A stretch of 64,000 bases of DNA from Vicugna vicugna (taxonomy: Eukaryota), in assembly GCA_013265495.1 (NCBI GenBank), contig MU061668.1:7970055-8034054 (forward strand), read 5' to 3'. Numbering within the stretch: position 1 is the first letter of the stretch; each line of letters opens with the position of its first letter. Below are positions 23,471 to 34,762 of the stretch, piece by piece. The notes under the pieces are model-generated. The model was not told where the DNA came from and did no database searches. It saw nothing but the letters and a program-made list of their open reading frames with translations. Position numbers and translations under genes: made by a program.

Positions 23471-25054
23471 GCTGGTCTAGGCTGTGAGGCCCGCGAGAGC
23501 GGGCACCACGCGGCCTAGTCTCACCACAACACCCCGCGTCTAGCTGTGGCACCGGCTGGCACTGCCCATGACCAAGAGAAGAGGACTTGAATGAACAGAA
23601 GAGGGAAAAAAGCTGATGGGATGGAGACTGTAGGAAAGCCCCTGTCTCCCAGGAGAGACCCCTCTGCAGGGATGAAACAGACCCTCTGCCTGAACTCGGC
23701 CTCCCTGCCCAGGGGCGACAGGAATTGGGAGGGTTCCAGACTTGGGTCCCCTGACTCACAAACTGAAATCCATCCAGGGGCGTTCATGCACGAGACAAAA
23801 GGCTCAGAAGTACACACCAAACTCTAAAGGTTTCTGACAGTGCCCACAGCAGGGCCCAGAGTGGCAATCCCAGTGTATGCGAGACCGCTCTGCCTGAAAG
23901 CTCGAGGAAGAGCTAGATCTATTTTAAAATGAGGGACAAGCCTGCCAGCACCCAGCACTAGTGGAACGAGCTAATCCCGATGGCCTGAACAGCGCACTCT
24001 CCACGGTGCCCTGGACTGAGAGGGAGTCGGGCGACAAGGACGGTAACAAGAGCCAGCCACCGCTCAGCATTTGCCGGGGGACAGTTCTATTCTCAGACTC
24101 CGACACGCACAGCTGCGCATAATCCCTGTGATGGGCCTGCAGGGGGGCAGACTGCCCGCATTGTGCATACGGGGAAACTGAGGCACAGCAGTTCAGTCGA
24201 CAGTGAAGGGATCACGTGGACGGCACCTTCTGGAAGACCTTGCCTTCCTTTGCCTTTTCCAAGTTACGTCCCTCGTCTTAAGTCAGCACTGAGCCCTCGA
24301 CCCCTTTTTTATCCTCACAAACATCCTAGCACTTCTTCTGGTCCCTTTATGGATGGCTCTGCTGCAGAAAGGTCAGTTTGACACTTCTTGTCCTCTGATG
24401 TAGGCACACGGAAACGGTTTTCTGTCTATAACTCTCTAGGTCTAGGTTCCCTGTAATGACAGGAGAACCAGCAGATCAGGGCCTGTAATTTAAAAGCCTG
24501 CTCGGGGGGATGGTGACGGATTTACTGTACTATCAGCACTGAACCACTCAGCTCAGACTGGGAAACAACCTCCATGGGAAAGGTCTCCTGGATCAATGAA
24601 TCTACGAGGCTTATTGTCATGGATCTGGGGACTTTGAAAACAGCTCCTGCTCTTGTCACTACACGTTTCCCTGGGACAGGGATCCCATGAGAACTTTTAG
24701 GAGGTGACAGTTGTGAAAACACTCTCTTTGGTAAGTGGTAAGTCCAAGAAAAAAAGGAAAAACAAAGGTGCACGTGGAGGAGACATCTGACCCAGACTGC
24801 AGGCAGCGGCTATTCCTGAGACGTGACCAGGTGCCCACACACAGTGTGATCGTCACCTCCTGGGCTCCAAAAAGCTGGCCTGCTCCCTGGCCAGCTTTCC
24901 CCTTCACATAGTCCACACGCTGCGTCCAGGGAGGGCTATGATCTTGTTAGAGCAGGCACACCAGTCACCGTGAAAGGGAGGGGTCTGTGATGAGAGGACA
25001 CCGGATGCTCGCCGGGTTTTCCATCTGCAACATCTCTCAGCACCAGCAACTCAC

Positions 25055-25219
25055 CAGCAAACTGTAGAAGAACTCGTGGACGAAGAGCCCCAAGGCACAG
25101 ATCAGCAGATAGAGCAAGTGGTACAGGAACTCCACGTCCAGGACCATGGCTCGGTAGCCTCTGGTGAATGTTCCACAGTTGCCCACAAAGCTCATCAGAA
25201 AGATGATCTTGTTGCAGAC
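25055..25219 (-). CDS. ITPR1: ITPR1 coding exon (165 nt): [55 protein letters not shown]; S2 to S4
   Basis: Acceptor tctcag|GTC, donor CTG|gtgagt; 55 codons. Confidence 0.97.
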
Positions 25220-25719
25220 CTGAGAACAAGGACAGCCAGTCAGACAAGCACGGACACTGCCAAACTTCAGACTCTCTGTGGGAGCTCAGGGCGATGGACA
25301 CTCAGACGTCTCTCCATGCCCGAGCCCCAGTGAAAGCCTCCTGTTGCACCAAATGCCCACTGAACGTGCCAAGAATTGTTTTGCGGACCTAAGTCATTTC
25401 ATTCCTCTGCTTTTCAGGCACGTTACCAGTTAATGTGACAGCCAGAGAACTTCGTGTGCAACAGTAATCAAGTGGCGTTTGTAGATGACTAAAACAAAAT
25501 AAACACATACTGAAATGATTATTTTCAAGATGAGAGATGAATCATTTCTAACATTCTTACATGAGTTAGTCAAATACAGAAGTCACCTCAATCCTTGAAC
25601 CCTGTGCTCAGCACGATTAAGAGTATTTTCTGAATTTCTTGCCTTCCCTTGCTCCAAATTTCCCAGGGAAAATGATAAGTTTCTTAGGGGTGGGGAATAA
25701 GGGACCTCAGGATGAGATC

Positions 25720-26185
25720 TGCTCCCCTGCCCCTTCCTTCTGGGAATGACTTCTAACTTTCCTTGGGGGATCCATCCCTGCCCACGTGTCGGTCCTTGGG
25801 GGCTCCACCCTGGCCAATCAGAATGTTGTATTTCCCTGGCAACAATGTTTGGTTCAGGGATAGGCACGTGACCAAATGGCGCCAATGACACCCATTGAGA
25901 TCTTTCCTGGGGCTGCAGCATAAGACAATTTTATTTTCTCCCCTGACCTTGAACCTGAGAGAAAGTGAGCTGTGAAGCTGCCAGCATCCATCCTGTGGTC
26001 ACATGGAGCCCTAGGGTACCACTGGTGCAGAGGAGCCAAAAGAGACACGGAGCCCTGATGCCTCTCTCTGGACCCCTGGATTCAGCTATACCTGAAGCTG
26101 GGCCCTTCATTCTCAGTCATGTGAACCAACACATCTTGTTGAAACTGGGTTAGGTTTTATAACCCTCTGCAACTGAAGGCTGATT
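25720..26185 (+). mobile_element. ERVL-MaLR solo LTR (MLT1J/K-like)
   Basis: ttggttcagggataggcacgtgacc, cccctggattcagctatacctgaagc and ctcagtcatgtgaaccaa motifs typical of MLT1 LTRs. Confidence 0.65.
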
Positions 26186-29172
26186 TACTGTATAACATAG
26201 TCGCACCTTTGATAGAAACCCCACGCTGAGAAGTCTGTTTCTAGCAATGTGCTGATAGGAAAGAAGAAAAAAACAAACCTGAATCAGGAGAGAGCTGGAG
26301 ATGAGACTCTTCAGCTGCACTTGGTAACCCCAGCTCCCGCTACCCTGGCAAACCAGGCCACAGGTGCCAGGGAAACCTGCCAGCTAATCTGGTGGGTCAG
26401 GGTAAGCGAGCTTCTGGGCAATCAGATAAGTGAGGGAGCCAACACCCACGGGGAAGGTTCGCCGTATCAGACGGGCTCAACTTTCAATCCACCCGTTCTT
26501 TTTTTTCCCCCTGATATTCTAACCTTTGCCAGCGTTGGCTCTTTCAGAGGGTGAGAAAGCATCAGCGACTCTCAATGAACTGTGCTGCTGGGGTTTCAGA
26601 GCGAGGGGAAAAAAAAAAAAGGCCAAGCTTTCGGTGACATTCTAGGATCTCCAATGCGCACAGGCAGCTGCGGTCTTCACAACATAGCAGTCTGCTTCAT
26701 GTGACTGCGCTCTCCCCTTTAACGTCTGCCCGACGTCTCTCCACTGCATCGCACGGTCTTAGTCTGCTGTGCCCACTTCCCGTGGACCCGGCTTGGCTGG
26801 CCTCAGATCTGGCTTTCGGTCCCGGCTCTCCTCTGCCCTGAGCACCGAACCCCAGACCAGCCCTGAGCATCCTTTGTAGCCCCCTCACCGAGCTTGGCTT
26901 CCGGGACCCCTCCATGTGCGGCCTCACCAGCTCTTCCAAGGCTCCTCTTCTGTGTGTCCAGAGCTGCTCTTTCTCCCACATGCTTCATGTGGGTGCGGAA
27001 CATTTTTTTATTCCCTCCAAATGATAACTTATTATTTATTGTTTCAGCTTTTATCCCCCTCATGTTATTATAAATGGTAATTAATTATCCAAATGGAGTC
27101 TTTCCCTAACCAATTTATGTTAAAGAATTGAGAACCATGGAATGACCAAAGGCCAGAGAAAACAGAAGAATGTGACAGCCCTAGGAGATAGTCTCTGAAA
27201 TGTTGGGCATTTTTTTGTTCCCTTTTGTTTCTTTGTTCCTTCTGTGTTTCTTTCTTAAACAGTTTCCTCTCACTGCAGGTGGTGCCTGCATTCCCTCCTT
27301 CAAAGCGGACGTGTCTCGGCCACTTGGGTCATGCGTTTCTAAGCACACGGCCGAACATTAATAGCTCGACTTGTCACCGCCAGCCCAGTAAGTCAACAGC
27401 TGAGGTGTATTTTCACCCTGAAGACCAGGTCTTGCATGACTGTGTTGTGGCTGGCTGCACCCCTCTCCGCCCAGTCTCCTGCACTGTTCTCCAGAGGCAC
27501 ACATGCCTCCTTTACCACCCAATCCAGACAGTAGTACCTTCCTTGCCCGGAGAAAGGGACTCAGACCAAGTCCTCCATTGCTTTCAGGTGTAAGGCTCGG
27601 CCCCTACACCTGTCACCTGCCACTACTTTTGAAGCTCTGGTATCTGTACCATCCTTCTACACTATGACCAAGAAGCAGGCTTGTCACATGTCATCAAAAG
27701 GTCTGCTAGGGGCCCTAACTGGTCCCCTGGGCCCCCATCCCTCCCACCTGAATCTGTGTAACACGCCATTACCAAGTGAATTTTCTCAAGAATATTTCTT
27801 CGTATACACCATTTCTTTGCTCAAAAATCTTGAGTCATTTCCCATTACTGGGAATAGAGTTTCTCAGCCTGTGTTCTATGCAACACTGATTCCAAGTGAT
27901 ACTTTACAAAAGCTCTAGGCAACTTAAGTTTGGGAAATATGAATACCTAGTTTTCCTTTCTTGGAGATTCATAACCTGTATCAGCATGTTAATGTCTCAG
28001 GAATCCTGGGGTTAAAAAAATTCCTTTCGTTTTGTTTAACCCAGCCTTTCCCACATTGATTTGACCCAGGAACTCCCTTTTCACTTAAGATTTATCAACT
28101 TGGAATGCTTTGGAGAAGCTGACCTGGAGGCTGAAACCCAGTGTGGAATCCTAAAATTCAGGGGCCCCAGGACTTGTCGTGGACCCGGCCCTACAAGTCA
28201 CTACACGAACCACACAGGAGGTGAAACGCAGCTGGTGACTGTCCCTTGCGCATGTCCTGGCATGGCTCATTGCTCTGGCCCATGGGGGCTTCCTGGCTCG
28301 ATTTTTTCCATTCTTTAAGACAGAACCTAAACCCTGCCTCCTCCCCTTAAGCTTGTCATCTTGAAGTGGTCTCCTCTCCCCTAATGCCCTTGCCATCTGA
28401 ATACCCATCTGGGGACATTTATTATTGCACGAAATCACTATGGTCACCTTGCTTTGCAACATCACTTCCATTTTTGTACAGTGATCTTAGCTTCCTGATA
28501 TGCTCAGGGCAGAATTTCTGGAAGGCAGTTTTAGACCCCCACAGCGCCTCCTGTGTCCACAGTTGTTCCCTCCTTTCACCAGGAAACCTCTCCAACTTAA
28601 CGGTCATCTATCAGCTGCCTCCACTTCTGTGGAGTCTGCAGACGCAGCTGGCACCCACCCTTGGACGGCAGTGCAATCGCGTGTTCACACGTCACTGCCG
28701 ACTCGTGCAGGCCACTCTCCCCGCTTCTCCTCCCACCTCTCCACCTGCTCCCCCTCTGTGACCAGCTCCTCTTCCCTCTCCCCACTCTTCTCTGTGGTCC
28801 TCACCACAAGTGGGTGCCGTGGTAACACGTGCTCATTCCACTTACTGGCTAAAACATCCTGTCCTAGCACACTTTGAACCTGATGAGCAAAACCGACCCA
28901 AGTCTTAACTTCCTTCCTGTCCCTGCCTAATTCTGAATATTCCCTGAAAATGAGACTGTTGATGCCTGGATAAAGCGTTAAGAGGGGCACGGTACGGTGA
29001 GGAGGTGAAGAGGGAGACGGCCAGCTGCGGCTTTCCTGCTCCTGCTACTTTAACAGTTGACCCAAACAGCATTTTCCTGCACTGAAAGCACAGGCCAGGA
29101 TTGTTGGGAGAATGGGAGGCATTCCTCTTTGCATGTCCACAGAAGAGTGGCTGGGGAGGCATGCACACTTAC

Positions 29173-29348
29173 GTTGAAAGCTCCCAGAAGAAACAACGTG
29201 GGCTGTAACCCGACGGAAAATATCAAGCGGAGAATTGTGGAAGCGATTAGGGCCCGGATGCCGTGGGGCTTGGGGAGGGCAATGACGATGGCCAGAGATA
29301 TCAGCATGGCTGTCCACAGCAGTCCCGACCAGTGCGGCTCCAGCGTTC
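29173..29348 (-). CDS. ITPR1: ITPR1 coding exon (176 nt): (G)[58 protein letters not shown]; helices between S1 and S2 and start of S2
   Basis: Acceptor ttccag|GA, donor AAC|gtaagt; 2 nt + 58 codons. Confidence 0.97.
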
Positions 29349-30489
29349 CTGGAAAGACAAGGCGGGGCTCTCACAGAACAGGGCTTCGACCGAGGACAGG
29401 TACAGACCAACCCGCGTTAAGGGGTACCTTCTTTAACCACCTCTCTGGCCTGAGTGGTCCCAACCCTCACCTCCGGTTCTCTGCCCCAGACGTAACCAGT
29501 CACATCCATGTTTTCTTACCTCCAACACTTGCTCCTCCTACCCAGCAAATTCTCCCTTTCCTGTTCATCTCAGGTCTTAGCTTAGAGTCATCTCTTCCTC
29601 CTCCCAAAACACGCCTGATGCTCCTTCCTTCTCTGATTCTTGGTACCCCGGTCATCCTTATCAGACACTGTTTTCTGGTGGTCAGTGCCTCCCTCCCCAA
29701 GCCCCACTCCCACTAGGCTCCAAGCTCCCCGAGGGAAGCGCCTGCCCCCAGGAGGCAGCCATCAAATGAGTTTGTTCAATAAACAAAACTCGTACATGGG
29801 TCACACTTCACTCTCAAGGAAGGCATACTGGAAGACCAAACTTCTCCTTTCTATTAAAAGGATGCAGAGGAAAATTGCAGGTCCCCTGCCTGAATCAGAT
29901 TTCTTCAAGGGAAGAAGGAAGGCGACTTCCGTATCATTAGCATCATCCTACAATTAGATTATCCTTGTAGTCAAAGAGCTTATACCAGTTTTTGTCATCT
30001 CTCGCTATTGCAAGTTCTATTTAGGGTGTCCCACGAGACGGCTTGGTTATATAACACGAGCCAACATGGCTAAAAATAAGGTTCTGTAAAACACTCATTA
30101 AAAAAAAAAACACCCCTATTTCAAATGCTGTCACATTTTGAGTTTCCTTCAGATGTAAACAAGCACCAGTCCACGATTAAGGCCACTTACATAAAGGAGT
30201 TTCACTTCTCCAGGACGGCTGGCATCGCAGCGTCGCCCAGGGAAGAGACACCCTTGCCGGTTACAGCTCTTCCACGAGCCCGCGGGCCGCCCTGGTTCAC
30301 TTCGTCCACACCTGCCGAGACTCACTTTCTCTCTGAAAACTGACCCCCTAGCCCCAGCCACTCACCTCCTCCCCCCTTGATATCCTTCAGAGGGAACACC
30401 CGATTAAGAACGGGCCCAAAGAGGCACAGGCTTTTCTGAAATTCAGGAAGAAGTAGCTACAGAGACAGAGGTGGCCCTTCCCGTGCATT

Positions 30490-30655
30490 TAACAGTTGTG
30501 CGATACTGTGCCAAGGCCTTTACGTTGATTATCACTTACTTAATCCTCTGGCCACCCTAGGAGGCTGCTATTATCATCTGCTTTCTACTCCAGAGGAAAC
30601 GGACTCTTGGGTTATGCATCTTGCCAAGGTGACCCAGCACACGGCTTTTATATAT
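30490..30655 (-). mobile_element. MIR SINE
   Basis: actgtgccaagg...ttaatcctc...gaggaaac...ttgccaaggtgacccagc. Confidence 0.55.
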
Positions 30656-30689
30656 GCCCCTGAAGCAGGCAGTCCTTGACTATCATTTA

Positions 30690-31645
30690 TTAAAAAAATC
30701 CATTCATTTTAAGTGTCTGATGACTTTTGGCAGTTTATACAGTCACATAACCACATGTAACTGCCAACACAATCAAGATACAAACATTTTTATCACACAA
30801 AAGGTCTCCCCGGGCCCTTAGCACTGGATGCCTGGCCCCATCTCCACTCCCATCACAACGACAGATCTGCTTTCTATCCCTGGAGCTTTGCATCTTCCAG
30901 AATTTCATAAAAAGTGGAGAAAACTAATCTTATTTCTAAGTAGGTAGTCTTCTTAATTCTTTCGCTCAGCAAAATGTTTAACTCATTCAGGGTATTGTAT
31001 CTATTAATATTTTATTCTCTCTATTGGCTGAGTAGGATTCGATCATGTGGATAATACTGCCATTTATTTATCCACCCAACAAGTAATGGTTATTTGGGTC
31101 GTTTCCAGTTTGGAGTTACTACGAATAATGCTACTGGGAATGTTCAAGCATAAATCTTGGAGTGGGTGTATGTTTTCATTTCTCTTGGACAAATATATGG
31201 AAGTAGACTTTTGGACATTGAGCGAACTTGAGAAGACCTAACCATACAGTTCTCCAAAATGATGGTACCATTTTCCCTTCCCATCAGCAATACGTGTGAG
31301 TTCCATTTGCTCCACATCATCACCAGTATTCAGTAATGTCAGTTGGTGCAATTTCAGCCGTTCAAGCAGGTTTCTAGTGGGGTGCCACTGTGGTTTTCAT
31401 TTGCCTTTCTCTGATAACTACTGATGTTGAATATCTTTTAGTATCTTTTTATGTGCTTACTGGCCATTCATATATCTCTTTTTTGTAGAAAGTATCTGAT
31501 CAAATCTTTTGCCCATTGTTTTAATTGGGTAGCTTTTTATTACTGAGTTATAAGAGTTCTTTGTATATTCTAAGCCTTTTGTCTGATACACGTTTTGTAA
31601 ATATTTTCTTCTAGCCTGTGGCTTGCCTTTCACTTTCTTAAGTGC
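30690..31645 (-). mobile_element. L1MB-like LINE-1 3' region
   Basis: Reverse L1 3' motifs (ttatttgggtcgtttccagtttgg, cccatcagcaa, gtggttttcatttgcctttctctgat, tgagttataagagttctttgtatattc). Confidence 0.8.
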
Positions 31646-31789
31646 TTAATCATCATCTTAAACTGCCTTTTAAGATCTCAGAATAATAATCGTGGCCAGC
31701 ACAATGCATGTGCCCGAGTCCTGAAGGGGACAATGTAAAAACCTGCTGCCTTCCCATCGTAAAAGCAGAGCTAAAAATTCATGCTAGGT

Positions 31790-32150
31790 TCCAAAGAAAC
31801 AACTATTGAAAGATCTCTTTGAGACACAACTGGCGAGACCTGCATATGGACAGGCTGTTACAGGACTTCCTGTTAGTTTTTGTTAGACATGATAATGGTA
31901 TGGTGATTTTACATATTTTAAAATATTCTCAGAAGTTAGAGACAGCCCAGTGAAATATTTATGGATGAAACAACTTGCCTAGACTTCTTTAAAATTTTGC
32001 AGAAAATACCACAGAAATACAAATGCAACAAAACTGGCAAAACGCTGATAATTGCTAAAGCTGGGCTGATGGGTGTATGGCAGTGTATTATACTGTTCTT
32101 TCTACTGGTGTGTATACTTGAAAATTTCAACAGTAAGAAAGTTTTAAAAG
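31790..32150 (+). mobile_element. L1MC4/5-like LINE-1 3' end
   Basis: tgaaatatttatggatgaaa...ctggcaaaacgctgataattgctaaagctggg...atacttgaaaattt. Confidence 0.65.
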
Positions 32151-32929
32151 TAGTACTTCATTTGCCTTAATTACCATGGCATGCTTACAAATTCAGTAAG
32201 AAATCTGAAGCTGCCTAATTTTCATACTTTTCAAAGACTGTGTGACTCGTCAGTTCTGAGATAAAGGGAGAGAACCATACTTCTGAAAAGGAGCTTTTAA
32301 GGCCACAGTGTCCTTGGCAGCTGCCAGCCTTCCAAGTCAAAGAGCCACATCAGCACCCTTTGCAAGGTCATTACACACCTGCAAGAGGGACACTGGGTAT
32401 CCTGGTTTTAGGATCCAACAAGAATAAATACTGATCTCAAACTAACACTTTCAGGGAGCCAACCAGATCTCATTTCGAGGAAGGACTAATCCAGCCTTCC
32501 TCTTGAAGATGGTAAACAGTGAGTATAGAAGATGCCACCAACACATCTTCAAAAGAAAAGGAAAAAAAAATCCCTCTGAGTGAGCTGATATGTCTGAGGT
32601 GGTATCAGTCACCATATAACGAAAAGGGCTTCCTTAGGTCAGATCATCCTCCTTTTCTCCAAGGACATGTAATTATGCTTTCTGTTCAGTCCATCAGTAT
32701 GAAGTTCTAAAGCCCACAAGGCCAAAACAGGAAGCCTGGACTTGCACGGATCAGCCAGAGTCGATGCCACCTTGAGTGCCATCACTGTCAAGTTGGAAGG
32801 ACCTTTAACAATCACCTCACACAGGACGTATGGGCAGGAACGTGCACAGGTAGGAAAGAGGATGCTCCAGAGATCCTGATTGGGTCAGTGACTATCTCCC
32901 CCTGACCTCTACAGAAATTTCCAAATCCA

Positions 32930-33065
32930 CACCTAGGTATCTCGTAATGGAGAAGATAAGGCGGACTGACTGAAGTGGCTTGCCCCGAGTCACACAGCAG
33001 ATGAGTGGCTGAGCCAGGCCCGGACACCAAGTCCAGACTCGGTAAGTCTAGCTCTTCCACTGGAT
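32930..33065 (-). mobile_element. MIR SINE fragment
   Basis: aagtggcttgccccgagtcacacagc...gagtggctgagccagg. Confidence 0.55.
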
Positions 33066-34319
33066 GAGGCTCATCACTGGAGGTGACCGGACCTGTCAAC
33101 AAACTGTCCCCAGACACTGGCCTCCAAACTGCCACGAGTGACCAGTGAAGAAAATGGTCAAGGTATATAACAAAAATCCATTTTAAATGTCTTTTAAAGA
33201 AGTGGAGGGTAAATGACAACAGATCCAAAGTAACAACTGAAGAGAATCTGCTATGATGGGTGTGACAACTTCCCAGAGGCGAAAGGAGGCCTGGGCTCGG
33301 TAACCTCTGCCTGAGCTCCTGGCCGAGCGCGTCACACGCTACTCTGCTGACTGGCAGCCCGGCCCAGACAGACATCCTCCCCGAGGACACCCTGCAGCTC
33401 CGAGGACCTGCCCAACTTTGTAGACAGGGACACCTATGATTCCTGACACTGCATTTCAAAGGAAAACCTCCTTGGGCTCGTGTTTACGTAGTGCTTTGGG
33501 GAGGGGGGAGCCATTCAAGTGGAGCCTTCAACACAGCTGAAGGCTAAACAGAAAAGAATAGCTCCTCAAATGAAGAAGTTAGACACATCATAGGACACAT
33601 CGTCACACTCAAACAGGATCTCGCATTTACTTCGATCACGCTTACACATCTGCATTATTAAACTCGAGAGCTGAGCCCAGAACTTCCTCCCGCACTGTTC
33701 TTGTGTCTTCCTTCTGGGCTCTGTGTCTCAGTGTGTTTCACACAAGGTGGCTCCAGGCAGGTTGTGGCAGATACATGGGAGGTGATCTGCCAAAAAGCTC
33801 TGGTGAAAATTTAGCTGAAAAGCAGACCTCCCAGGAGGCTGCAGCCGGTGTCAAAAAACTGGGCCGTGGACGTTTAATAGAAGAGCTTCTGTTGTGGCCC
33901 CCAGAACCCCACAGGTGTGAAGGCCTCCAGAAAGCTGTTAAGCAAACCGAGGAGCTCCAAACAGAAAAATGCCTCTCCTGGATGGTTTGCCTGTTCCCAG
34001 CAAAATATGTGGAACATGCATACAGATGCCTGGAAGGAGTGCTGGGCTGGTGGGGGGCCGCGGGGGAAGTCCATAAAGACCACAGACAGCATGTTTTTCT
34101 ATGTGAATGATGGCATGTAACTCTTCATAAACTAAACAGCCAGGGACATCCAGTCTGCAGTCATTCAAACCCTGCCTCCATGCACCTCTTGCCAAAAAAA
34201 AAAAAAAAGAATTAAATTCCAGGGATTTCTTACAAATTCTTTGGTCTGAAATCAATTCCTCAAGTATGGCGTGGGAAACAAAATCTACTGGACCGAGCAT
34301 CAAAGTATCCACGCTCTAG

Positions 34320-34430
34320 GGTTAGCTCGGCTGCTAATGGCTGTGTGACTTTGGCTCAGTCTCTCAACCTCTCTGAGACACACTTTCCCAATGTAGAAAA
34401 CACGGAGGCTGACCAAGATGATCTCTGTCT
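34320..34430 (+). mobile_element. MIR SINE fragment
   Basis: gctgtgtgactttggctcagtctctcaacctctctgag. Confidence 0.55.
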
Positions 34431-34639
34431 ATAGCTTCTTCTCTTTCTTTCCCGGTAAGATAATATAAATTGTGTGTCTGTATTTAATTAAGTTAGATTC
34501 AAAGGAAACCCATGGTAAAAGCTCATCTTGTCTGAAAACAGGTAAATTGCACCAACATTTTCAGAGATCACTTAGGCTGTAAGTCACAGCCTTCCTGCTG
34601 CTTCTGGTAGTTCCCTTGAAATGAAAGATAGGGCAGTAC

Positions 34640-34762
34640 CTCCTCGGACTCCTTTAAATGGGTAGAAGAAGGCCACCAGCAGGTTCATCAGGACGGCCAG
34701 GTTAAAGGAGATGCTGCTCCAGAAAGACATGTTGCGGGCGCACCAGTACAGGACGGGCTGGG
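34640..34762 (-). CDS. ITPR1: ITPR1 coding exon (123 nt): (A)[40 protein letters not shown]; transmembrane S1
   Basis: Acceptor ccgcag|CC, donor GAG|gtactg; 2 + 120 + 1 nt. Confidence 0.97.

Noticed and set aside
29057-29716. 219-aa + strand ORF, and similar ORFs at 43421-43948 and 46046-46582
   Set aside because: They are antisense shadows of ITPR1 exons or run through GC-rich or L2 sequence; no recognisable protein.
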